From an uncultured candidate division Zixibacteria bacterium (GTDB lineage Bacteria > Zixibacteria > MSB-5A5 > GN15 > FEB-12): a stretch of DNA of 64,000 nt. The translations under genes were made by a program, and so were the position numbers. The notes beneath the pieces are model-generated. The model was not told where the DNA came from and searched no databases. It saw only the letters and a list, made by a program, of their open reading frames with translations. The DNA is taken from NCBI GenBank assembly GCA_963806185.1, contig CAWDXE010000007.1, positions 704,001 through 768,000 of the forward strand. The letters are read 5' to 3'. Positions 56,127-64,000 of the stretch are shown here, piece by piece. Numbering within the stretch: position 1 is the first letter of the stretch; each line of letters starts with the position of its first letter.

Positions 56127-57617
56127 TCACCAGTGAACTTGGTAACGGTCGAATATCTTCTGTATGCTATCGTCGAACCATTGCCTTCGGTAGGGCCATT
56201 TGGCCAGCAGGTCAATGGTCCGGCGGTTGACGTCCTGGTTGCGATACGAAAGCAGGAGATCTGTCAGTCTCATTACTCCTTCATCGAATCTGATCACTCC
56301 CAGGCGAGTGAGCGCCGGTTCGATGAAGGCTGTGTCTCGCACCCTCTTTGCGATCTCCACGAATTGATAGAACATGTCATTCCCGGCTCTCAAATGATCA
56401 GAGATTAACTCAATGGCGGCAGGGCGGTCAGCTGTGAGAAGCAGATTCATCATCGCATACATGCAGCTGTCGGGACTATCCACGGGATAATTATTGAAAT
56501 TCGCGTTATGGAAGTCCTTCGTCGCTCCTAGTGTCCGCTTTATGGCAGCCAGAGTGCGTTCAGAATGCCTTTCATAAAGCTGGTTCAATATTCTCGGTGT
56601 TACTGAACTGAGTGAATCCCACAACCACCATCTGAGCGAATCGTACAGTGGTGCAGTATTCTGGGACAACGCCTCCCTGACTGATGCGAAGTCCTGTGCG
56701 TCGTACGAAAGAGGTTTCCGCTTATCGACCGCCTGTTCCAGAAATCTCCGTGCTTCCCCGCTTCGATATGCTGCAATGGCCACATGCAGGCTGCCCCAGC
56801 CGCCCTTCAAGCGCGATCGATCGTTCAGTAGGTCCACAAAATCGTTGCGCGCGAACGGATAGAATTGAGCCACCGGAAATTCGGCCACGGCTTTGTAGAT
56901 ATTTTCCCCATGGACGTTGCGAATCGAATCGTCGGCCACAAACGAAAGCATCAACGGAATATCCGCAGAGTCACGATACCTGGCGAGCGGTAACAGCGCA
57001 GAATCGTTCTTCTCTTTAGTCAAAAGCTCCCGGAATCGAGCATGATAGTATGGCAGCGGCTCAGCATCGCGAATCGCAAATCTTCGCGTGTCCAGTCGAT
57101 ACGGACCGAGAATGAGCGCGCTGTCGACCCGGCGTCTCTGTTCGGGTGTGAGGAGATGAACCCCATCGTCGATGTACTTGGTTCTGACCAATCTGACGAA
57201 AAATTCGCCCACCGCGCATTTCCCCGGCCAGAGAACTACATCAGTCTGAATCGTTGCCGTATCGTTTAGATGTTTGAACAGGATATCAACGATATCAGGT
57301 AAGGAATCATAGGCGAGCGCCCGAAACGCATAGCACCGAACTATGCCCTCCGGGTGATCAAGTAGGGTGCGAAGTTCCTCGGTAGTGGCGGTCGAACGGA
57401 GTTCGATGAAGCTGCCATAGGGTTCCGTAGGACGGCCGTTGATTATGGCTCCTCCCCAGTGCATTCTACCGGCCGTGATGAATCGTCGGACGATATCTTG
57501 TGTCTGAGGAGATACCCGGTCGTGTGTGGGGGTAGCGCAACATATTGTCAGCGCCGCCGAAACAACAGTCATCGCCACCAGGACGGCTGAAACGACCCGA
57601 CGAAACTTCCCGCGCAT
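56127..57617 (-). CDS. Hypothetical exported alpha-helical (HEAT-like) protein
   Basis: 496-aa ORF with hydrophobic signal; LLDHPEGIVRCYAFRAL is HEAT-like; 1 nt after the upstream stop. Confidence 0.7.
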   Translation of the reverse strand: MRGKFRRVVSAVLVAMTVVSAALTICCATPTHDRVSPQTQDIVRRFITAGRMHWGGAIINGRPTEPYGSFIELRSTATTEELRTLLDHPEGIVRCYAFRALAYDSLPDIVDILFKHLNDTATIQTDVVLWPGKCAVGEFFVRLVRTKYIDDGVHLLTPEQRRRVDSALILGPYRLDTRRFAIRDAEPLPYYHARFRELLTKEKNDSALLPLARYRDSADIPLMLSFVADDSIRNVHGENIYKAVAEFPVAQFYPFARNDFVDLLNDRSRLKGGWGSLHVAIAAYRSGEARRFLEQAVDKRKPLSYDAQDFASVREALSQNTAPLYDSLRWWLWDSLSSVTPRILNQLYERHSERTLAAIKRTLGATKDFHNANFNNYPVDSPDSCMYAMMNLLLTADRPAAIELISDHLRAGNDMFYQFVEIAKRVRDTAFIEPALTRLGVIRFDEGVMRLTDLLLSYRNQDVNRRTIDLLAKWPYRRQWFDDSIQKIFDRYQVHW

Positions 57618-57618
57618 A

Positions 57619-58269
57619 TCATTTGCCTGTTGGTGGGTACCCCACCGTCAATCCCAGCAAAATCGTCTGCTCCGCGCGGAGTTTCATGATTCCGCCCAGC
57701 TTCACCTTATCCACCGACGCCCGGGTTACACAGGCCAGATTCGCCGCCGCACAATACAAATAGACATTTTGCGAACAATGCCCGGCATCCAGCGCCGCCA
57801 TCAGTAGTTTGTCTCCGCTCTCTCGGGCAAAATCAAACTTGGCCAGGTCCGACACCAGCATGATATTCAGCGGCGCCGTCCCGACATAATCCTGCGTGCC
57901 GGCATCCTTGCGGAAATCACCCGCTTCCACCGGCGTCAACTCATGCTTGGCCGCGTCGTACAGGTAAATGCCTTCCTTGAGAACGGCGTAGACGTCGATA
58001 TCCTGACGGTTCATCGCCGACGGTGCCGTGCGATGCCCGTTTTCGGGCCTGTTGACTCCGTTGGCGCACCAGAGTACGTTGGCCAGATCCTGAAGGCTCA
58101 GCGCCGAGTCGGCAAACTCACGGCTGCTCTTGCGCTCGGCCATCGCCTGCATGAGCGGCTTGTCGTTGGAGAGGGCGGGTTTTGGCAGTGAGATGGCTTG
58201 CAGTGTCTGTGACGCAGCATAACCAGGGAACATCAGCATTAGGCACATGATGACTAAGATGCCTTTCAT
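57619..58269 (-). CDS. Exported nitroreductase-family (SagB/ThcOx-like) protein
   Basis: RKSSREF, LWCANG, RTAPSA, DAGHCSQNVYL, VGYP; AGGAG RBS before ATG 58269. Confidence 0.88.
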   Translation of the reverse strand: MKGILVIMCLMLMFPGYAASQTLQAISLPKPALSNDKPLMQAMAERKSSREFADSALSLQDLANVLWCANGVNRPENGHRTAPSAMNRQDIDVYAVLKEGIYLYDAAKHELTPVEAGDFRKDAGTQDYVGTAPLNIMLVSDLAKFDFARESGDKLLMAALDAGHCSQNVYLYCAAANLACVTRASVDKVKLGGIMKLRAEQTILLGLTVGYPPTGK

Positions 58270-58310
58270 GGTGATTACTCCTGAATATATCATTTTATAT
58301 TCTTGTCGTG

Positions 58311-59186
58311 TCACTTGATCCACGGATAAGGCTCAGATCCATCGGGTGGGATCGCCCAAAGGCGATAGTCGTAGCTGGTAATTCCCTGTGAGTAGAGGAT
58401 AGTGCCATCAGGCAATTCGCAGGTCACAACAGCAGCACTACCCAAGGAGCCGCTTCCAGTCAGCCTGACCTCGGCCAATGTATCAGGAGCTGCAAAGTCT
58501 CGATCGCACTTTATTAGATACTCTCCCGAGTGCAACAGGATGGTTGAATCGCGGAGCAGTCGAATGCTGCTGGGCCAAAAGCCCGGCGGAACAGTATCGA
58601 GAAGCAGAGTGTCCATTGTCGAGACTTGGATCATGACGATTCGATTAAAGGAAGGATACATAACTTTGTCAAAGCCCGCTGTTGACGGATTGTATGCATC
58701 GCCACTGATCGGCCACCCGTCTCCGGTAAACAGATTCTGTGCATAGATTTGGTTCGCAGGAGCCGTCGCAACGATAAGACTGTCCGTAACACACATTATA
58801 GAGTAGGGTTGAGAGATGGCGAGCAAGGAATCGACCCCAGTGTGCAGCCAGTGGATGCGATTGTAGAAAGAGTAATTATACACCAGAAATGCACCTTCAG
58901 TAGATTGTGAGACCCAGCTCAGATCCTTGCTCCGCAGCACAAGTGTCGGCCGTCCGTGAGTGCCCACCCTGGATCTGTAGATGGCAGAGTTTGAATCGCC
59001 GACAACCGGCGAATTGATTACCAGAAAATAGACGTACTGGGAATCGTACGACAAGACAGGGGATACCTGCCAACCACTGTCGATAGTATAGGAACTGGCG
59101 TGGGGGCCGGTTGACGTCTCGTCGTCCGAACAACCCAACAATATCAGTCCAATCACAATCAAGAACAAAATCAGGGCTCGTTGCAC
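58311..59186 (-). CDS. Hypothetical lipoprotein (possible TolB-like propeller)
   Basis: Lipobox LLGC; PVLSYDSQYVYF and LWAIPPDGS motifs; GGAGGG RBS with GTG start. Confidence 0.7.
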   Translation of the reverse strand: MQRALILFLIVIGLILLGCSDDETSTGPHASSYTIDSGWQVSPVLSYDSQYVYFLVINSPVVGDSNSAIYRSRVGTHGRPTLVLRSKDLSWVSQSTEGAFLVYNYSFYNRIHWLHTGVDSLLAISQPYSIMCVTDSLIVATAPANQIYAQNLFTGDGWPISGDAYNPSTAGFDKVMYPSFNRIVMIQVSTMDTLLLDTVPPGFWPSSIRLLRDSTILLHSGEYLIKCDRDFAAPDTLAEVRLTGSGSLGSAAVVTCELPDGTILYSQGITSYDYRLWAIPPDGSEPYPWIK

Positions 59187-59217
59187 TACACCCTCCAGTG
59201 ACCAAGTCCATCGTCTC

Positions 59218-60687
59218 TCACTTCTTCACCGCCCCCGCTTCTTCCACCTTCACCTTGATTCCCGCCAGCTTGCGGGCGATCTCGACCTTCTTCTCAAGTT
59301 CCATATTCCCGCGAATCACCAGCTTCGCGCCGTCGGGCGATCCGCCCCCATGCATGCACCCCGGCACCCCGGCGCCGATCGTGCACCACTCCACCAGTCG
59401 CGCCGCGCGTGCGCGGGTTTCACCGTCGCTGTGGGCCGTCATATACTTGTGAATCAGGTGACCGTACTTCTTGGACTTGAAATCGACGGTCGATGGCATG
59501 CATCCGGTCTCCGCAATCCCACCGGCGATATCCTGTGCCAGTACCGATGTCGCGTAGGGGAGAGTCGCTACATGCACCTTGTTCACGTTCGACAGAAGCT
59601 GATTAGTCAGCCAGGCACCGGATGGATGCTTCTTCCCGCGTGCCGCCGCCGCTATTCCCATGCCATAGGTCGTCTCGTTGTTGACCACCATCTGCGTGAG
59701 CTTGTCGTTGAACACTTTCGCCGACAGGCCGTTGGTGCGGGCAGTCAGAATAGCGCTTCCGATCTTGATATCCCCCTGACCCGCCACACACCCGCCGATC
59801 GCCGCCCGGTACGGAGCGATGAAATTCATCACGGTCGGCATGGCATACTTGAACTCGCCGCACATGAAGACCCGTTCGTTCGGAATAAACACGTCTTCAA
59901 ACAAGAGAAATGACTGCGTGATGCCACCTTCGGTGACCGGATTGTCCCAACTGGCAGTCTCCTCGTCGCGTGTGTCGTTCGGGTGGCGCGTCTCGACAAT
60001 CGTCAACCCCTCGATATCACGCGGTATCACAAACGATATTGCACAATCCGCATCCTGCTCTTTGTAGCCGGAGCCGGGAATGACAAAGATCTCGTTGGCC
60101 GCCGCCACGCCGCATATCATCAGTTTGGCGCCACGCACGACGATACCGTCGGGCCGCTTCTCTTTCAGATGCAGGTAAACGTCTTTGTCCGGCTGTTCCG
60201 ACGGCCCTTTGGTCCGGTCGCCCTTGGCGTCAGTGAGTGCGCCGGCGATCGTGATATCCTCGCTCTGCGCCTTCTTGAGCCAGGTGAGGAACCGCTCATG
60301 ATACTTCGTCCCCAGATCGCGATCCATCTCCCATGTTGTCACGAACATCGAATTGAGCGCACACCAGCCGGCGCATCGGCCGCCGGTGCAGGTGCCGGTG
60401 AGGTGAAACATGAGCCGCTTCATATCGCTGTTGGCAAACATATCTTCCGGCGACTGAATGATCGACAAGTACCGACTGATCGGCTCACCGGTCAGATGCG
60501 ATTTGGTCGTCACCATATCCCGCAGTTCGGGGTCTTGCGCCGCCTTGTAGGTCCAGGCGTGACCCTCGACTGTCCGCTTGGTGGCGGGGTGGACGGTCAC
60601 GTCGGCGATAGGTTGATCGAATTTATGAATATTCGGGCGGAGTTTTTTGAGTGAAGCGATGTACTGGTCGTAGGTGCGGATAGCCAT
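59218..60687 (-). CDS. 4-hydroxybutyryl-CoA dehydratase / 4-hydroxyphenylacetate 3-hydroxylase family protein
   Basis: YIASLKKL, GALTDAKGDR, DGIVVRGAK, FEDVFIPNERVFMCGE, QDIAGG, MHGGGSP; Cys motif GTCTGGRCAGWC. Confidence 0.88.
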   Translation of the reverse strand: MAIRTYDQYIASLKKLRPNIHKFDQPIADVTVHPATKRTVEGHAWTYKAAQDPELRDMVTTKSHLTGEPISRYLSIIQSPEDMFANSDMKRLMFHLTGTCTGGRCAGWCALNSMFVTTWEMDRDLGTKYHERFLTWLKKAQSEDITIAGALTDAKGDRTKGPSEQPDKDVYLHLKEKRPDGIVVRGAKLMICGVAAANEIFVIPGSGYKEQDADCAISFVIPRDIEGLTIVETRHPNDTRDEETASWDNPVTEGGITQSFLLFEDVFIPNERVFMCGEFKYAMPTVMNFIAPYRAAIGGCVAGQGDIKIGSAILTARTNGLSAKVFNDKLTQMVVNNETTYGMGIAAAARGKKHPSGAWLTNQLLSNVNKVHVATLPYATSVLAQDIAGGIAETGCMPSTVDFKSKKYGHLIHKYMTAHSDGETRARAARLVEWCTIGAGVPGCMHGGGSPDGAKLVIRGNMELEKKVEIARKLAGIKVKVEEAGAVKK

Positions 60688-60745
60688 ATAGCCCTCTTAA
60701 AACGACAACGGCCCGGACGTCCAGGCCGTTGACCATGCAAATGTG

Positions 60746-61954
60746 TTACAAGTTCTCTTTGAACAGTTTTCCCAGTCTGCGAATACCCTCTTCAATATTG
60801 GCATGGGTCGCATTCGAGAAGTTCAGCCGCAACGTGTTCTCGCCGCCGCCGTTCGGGAAGAATGGCGCGCCTGGCACGTAGGCCACCTTTTGCTCGATTG
60901 CTTTGGGGAACAACGCCTGGGCTGAGGTTTGCTCGGGCAGCGTCACCCAAAGGAACAACCCACCGTTCGGGCATGTCCAGGTGATGCCTTCAGGGAAATA
61001 CTTCTCCATCATCTTAACCATGATGTCGCGTTTCCCGAGATAATCAGCTTTGATCTTCTCTTGATGCGGTTCGAGATACCCCCGCTTGATAAACTCGTAG
61101 ATAAGGAACTGAGTAAACGAGTTGGTGTGCAGATCGGCGCACTGCTTGACTTTTTCGAATTGGCGGATGACGCTCTCCGGGCCGTTCATCCAACCGAGCC
61201 GGAAGCCGGGGGCGACCGTCTTGGAAAACGATCTCAGGGCGATCACTTCATCGCCGCCGTACGACTTGAGTGTGGGAACACGCTCGCCGGCAAACTGAAT
61301 ATCGCCATACGGATTGTCGTCGATAATCGGGATGTCAAATTGAAGCGCCAGATCCACCAGTTGGCGGCGACGTTCGAGCGACATCGTAATCCCCGTCGGA
61401 TTGTGAAAATTGGAGATGCTGTAAATCAGTTTGGGACGGTAGCGGATCAGTTTGGCCTCGACCTGATCGACCAGCATGCCGTTTTTGTCCATCTCTACCG
61501 TGACATACCGCGCCTGGTAGTAGTTGAAGGCCTGCAGAGCTCCGAGGTACGAGGGATTCTCAACTAACACGTAATCGCCCGGATCTATAAACGCACGCGC
61601 AATCAGCTCGATCCCTTGCTGGGCTCCGGCGCAGATCAGGATATTCTCCATGTTTGTCGGCGTGCCTCGCTCCGTGGCTCGCTGGGCGATCAGCGTGCGA
61701 AGCTGCGGAATGCCGCAGGAGAATGAGTACTGCAGGCACTCGGAACCATAAATCTTCAGGACGTCGTTAAGGACTTTCTGCAATTCATCAACGGGAAACA
61801 TTTCCGGGGCCGGAAGGCCGCCGGCGAAAGAAATAATGCCGGGTTGGGACGAGATCTTCAGAATTTCACGAATGATCGAAGTCTCCAGCGAGACCACGTG
61901 CGGAGCGATCCGCCACTTCTCAGGGTGTACTCGCTGGTTAGTGTCGAGCAGCAT
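60746..61954 (-). CDS. Class I PLP aminotransferase (LysN/2-aminoadipate transaminase-like)
   Basis: SIIREILK, ISFAGGLP, GAQQG, ENPSYLGALQAF, NFHNPTG, DNPYG, SFSKTVAPGFRLGW, LRLNFS. Confidence 0.92.
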   Translation of the reverse strand: MLLDTNQRVHPEKWRIAPHVVSLETSIIREILKISSQPGIISFAGGLPAPEMFPVDELQKVLNDVLKIYGSECLQYSFSCGIPQLRTLIAQRATERGTPTNMENILICAGAQQGIELIARAFIDPGDYVLVENPSYLGALQAFNYYQARYVTVEMDKNGMLVDQVEAKLIRYRPKLIYSISNFHNPTGITMSLERRRQLVDLALQFDIPIIDDNPYGDIQFAGERVPTLKSYGGDEVIALRSFSKTVAPGFRLGWMNGPESVIRQFEKVKQCADLHTNSFTQFLIYEFIKRGYLEPHQEKIKADYLGKRDIMVKMMEKYFPEGITWTCPNGGLFLWVTLPEQTSAQALFPKAIEQKVAYVPGAPFFPNGGGENTLRLNFSNATHANIEEGIRRLGKLFKENL

Positions 61955-62075
61955 AGCGCTGTCCTTTCTCAATGTCTAAATGGCGAAAACAAACTCTTGC
62001 CTCACTTATGTTGAGCGTCGCCGACAGGGAAGACTCCCGGGTCGCCATGACCCACTACTGTTGTGGCGACACGAT

Positions 62076-62110
62076 ACGTGAAATATATCACAAACGAATG
62101 CAAAAGCCAA
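62076..62110 (-). promoter_or_regulatory. Promoter with an overlapping Rex/CRP-like operator
   Basis: TTGGCT-N17-TATATT; TTGTGAT-ATAT-TTCACGT covers the -10. Confidence 0.6.
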
Positions 62111-62132
62111 CACATATTGTCGGCTTCGCGCT

Positions 62133-63023
62133 CTAACTTAAAGGTTCGCGACGGTAGATATGTCCTTGACGGACAAGTTCATACAGGACCGATAGATCCT
62201 TCTCCCCGAACCCGAGATGATATGCTTCATTATATAGGAGCGCCGCTCCCGTGCCTGTCCAGCTTTCCTTCCCGATCTCCTGAATCAATTGATAGCACAG
62301 TGTGAGGTCTTTGTGAATTGCTGCCACCGAGAAGTGGGGTGAGAAATCCTCGTTCTGAATCTTCGCGCGCTTCGCATTGAGAACGGCAGAATTGCCGGCG
62401 CCATTGGCGAGTATGTCGAGCACCTGCTCCTTGGGCAGACCGATCGCTTCCCCCAACGACACGGCTTCGGCGAGCGTGGCCATAAAACTCCCCAGTACCA
62501 GATTGTTCACCAGTTTCATCTTCGTAGCCAGCCCTGGGCGCTCAAAGTGGTAGATGGTTTTCGCCAGATGCTTGAGCGCCGGTTCAACCTCTTCGTATAC
62601 CTCACGTCCGCCGCTCGTCAGCATGGTCAATGCCCCCTGCGTGGCCGGCACGACGCTTCCCAACACCGGTGCTTCCAGATACCCGGCGTCGTGTTGGGCA
62701 AACAGCAGATGAAACGCCTGCACCGCCGCGTAATCGTGCGTCGTGCAGTCGACGACAATCTTACCGGCGCAGTCGCCCGCGAGCAGGCCGTCGTCGCTTT
62801 CTGCAACTTCGGCGACCGCTTCGCTATCGAACAGGCAGACAAAGACCACTTCAACTTCATCGAACAGATCCAGCGGCACTTTGGCGACATCTACATCCAG
62901 CCCCTCCGCCTTCTCGGGCGTTCGATTCCAGACGAACACCTTGACTCCCTGCGACAGGAAGCGCTGTACCATGGCGCGCCCAAGATTGCCGAGTCCGACA
63001 AAGCCGACTTGAGAAAGGTCCAT
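62133..63023 (-). CDS. NAD(P)-dependent beta-hydroxyacid dehydrogenase family (3-hydroxyisobutyrate DH / glyoxylate-succinic semialdehyde reductase-like)
   Basis: GFVGLGNLG, WNRT, EAPVLGS, MKLVNN, F.....HKDL; AGGAG RBS before ATG 63023. Confidence 0.9.
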   Translation of the reverse strand: MDLSQVGFVGLGNLGRAMVQRFLSQGVKVFVWNRTPEKAEGLDVDVAKVPLDLFDEVEVVFVCLFDSEAVAEVAESDDGLLAGDCAGKIVVDCTTHDYAAVQAFHLLFAQHDAGYLEAPVLGSVVPATQGALTMLTSGGREVYEEVEPALKHLAKTIYHFERPGLATKMKLVNNLVLGSFMATLAEAVSLGEAIGLPKEQVLDILANGAGNSAVLNAKRAKIQNEDFSPHFSVAAIHKDLTLCYQLIQEIGKESWTGTGAALLYNEAYHLGFGEKDLSVLYELVRQGHIYRREPLS

Positions 63024-63099
63024 CAATACTCCTTTTCGTGGGTAAAGCATCGGGGAAATTGTGACAAAAGGCAAGTGAGGAAAAAAGACGTCGTGATAG

Positions 63100-63137
63100 A
63101 AGAAATGGCCGGCGCACGTCTCCGTGCCCCGGCCATG
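63100..63137 (-). terminator. Probable terminator after rsgA
   Basis: ATGGCCGG-GGCACG...CGTGC-GCCGGCCAT stem followed by TTCTTCT. Confidence 0.55.
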
Positions 63138-63179
63138 CCGAACGTCCCAGTCGAGAGAGCAGGCGAATACCTGCCCAAC

Positions 63180-64000
63180 TCACCGCTTCTTATAGAGCGC
63201 CCTTGCCGCCTTGTGAATCGCCTTCCACCGATTGCGTTCCGCAATCCGCAATAGATGATCCTGCTTGCTGGCAAGGAACCGGAGTTCGCGCTGAAGTTTG
63301 TGAAAACTCTCCAGCCGCGCGGCGTCCAGGCCATCGTCGTCGACCGCCTGTCGCACCGCACACCCCGGTTCTTGCAGGTGTTTACAGTCATTAAACCGGC
63401 AATTCTCCGCCAGAGCCGCGATATCCGAAAACGAATAGTCGAGACTCTCCTCGCCGGCCCAGAGCTGCAATTCCCGCATGCCGGGTGTATCGATCAGCAC
63501 GCCGCCGCCCGGTATCGGTACGAGATGACGCCAGGTCGTCGTGTGGCGGCCACGGCCATCCTCGTTCATCACCTCGCCAACCTTGAGACGCTCTTCTCCA
63601 AGGATGGCGTTAATGACCGTCGACTTGCCTACCCCTGACGATCCCACCAGCGCGACCGTCTGTCCGTCGGCGAAATACTGCCGCACCTCATCGATGCCGG
63701 TACCTTCGCTCGCAATCAACGTGTGCACCGGCACGCCGATGGCCGCCAACTGGATCTCGGCGACCTTCTCATCGACATCATCGCAAAGATCCGCCTTGTT
63801 GAGCAGGACGACCGGTTGCGCACCGCTCTCATACGTGATCGTCAGATAGCGCTCCAGACGATGAACACTGAAATCCCCGTCCAGTCCCATGACCAGAAAA
63901 AGCACATCAATGTTGGCGGCAATTACCTGGACGGTCGTCGTTTGGCCCGCCGACTTCCGCACGAGGCAGCCGCGACGGGGGAGAAGCACGTCGATCGTGG
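63180..64000 (-). CDS. rsgA: Ribosome small subunit-dependent GTPase A (5' end beyond the window)
   Basis: AANID, NKADL, GSSGVGKST, GRHTTT, DTPGMRE, CRFNDCKH..EPGC Zn site. Confidence 0.95.
   Translation of the reverse strand, partial: TIDVLLPRRGCLVRKSAGQTTTVQVIAANIDVLFLVMGLDGDFSVHRLERYLTITYESGAQPVVLLNKADLCDDVDEKVAEIQLAAIGVPVHTLIASEGTGIDEVRQYFADGQTVALVGSSGVGKSTVINAILGEERLKVGEVMNEDGRGRHTTTWRHLVPIPGGGVLIDTPGMRELQLWAGEESLDYSFSDIAALAENCRFNDCKHLQEPGCAVRQAVDDDGLDAARLESFHKLQRELRFLASKQDHLLRIAERNRWKAIHKAARALYKKR

Noticed and set aside
1..64000. tRNA, rRNA, integrase/transposase, prophage, selenoprotein or defence-system genes
   Set aside because: None recognised. The intergenic gaps were read and are explained by promoters, terminators, repeats or the two unlisted genes; the only internal TGA is the prfB frameshift site.

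Overview
This is a 64-kb, moderately GC-rich bacterial chromosomal segment. It is probably from candidate phylum Zixibacteria (FCB group), an inference from paired Cys-flanked dockerin-like modules, many lipoproteins and multiheme cytochromes. From left to right it holds: (i) an unlisted, edge-truncated exported protein with an N-terminal dockerin-like module; (ii) a 4-gene inner-membrane electron-transfer operon (11-heme, 9-heme, cytochrome b, 15-heme; about 35 heme-c motifs); (iii) a protein with five tandem TonB C-terminal domains, a two-CW protein and a Zn-ribbon/TM/PEGA/TPR protein; (iv) two histidine kinases with no adjacent response regulator, a eukaryotic-type citrate synthase and a GlcD-like oxidase; (v) a prfB-pta-aminotransferase-pckA-fmdB operon; (vi) housekeeping and LPS genes (MBL hydrolase, PHP phosphatase, MPG glycosylase, S2P protease, MsbA-like ABC, glycosyltransferases, rel); (vii) rpsU-yqeY-cvpA-mutS2-dnaG-recN; (viii) an ECF sigma/anti-sigma module, a dockerin-bearing PQQ-type sugar dehydrogenase and a methyltransferase; (ix) an aminotransferase with a 4-hydroxybutyryl-CoA-dehydratase-like gene, a beta-hydroxyacid dehydrogenase and partial rsgA. 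Signals outside the gene calls include strong enrichment of the Bacteroidota O-glycosylation sequon D-(S/T)-(A/I/L/V/M/T) in exported proteins, a shared Rex/CRP-like operator at four metabolic promoters, several leaderless genes, two dense clusters of palindromic REP-like repeats, and a candidate structured 5' leader. About nine single-base indels and one in-frame TAG in prfB are most likely sequencing or assembly errors. No rRNA, tRNA, CRISPR array or transposase was recognised. All counts and alignments were made by hand.
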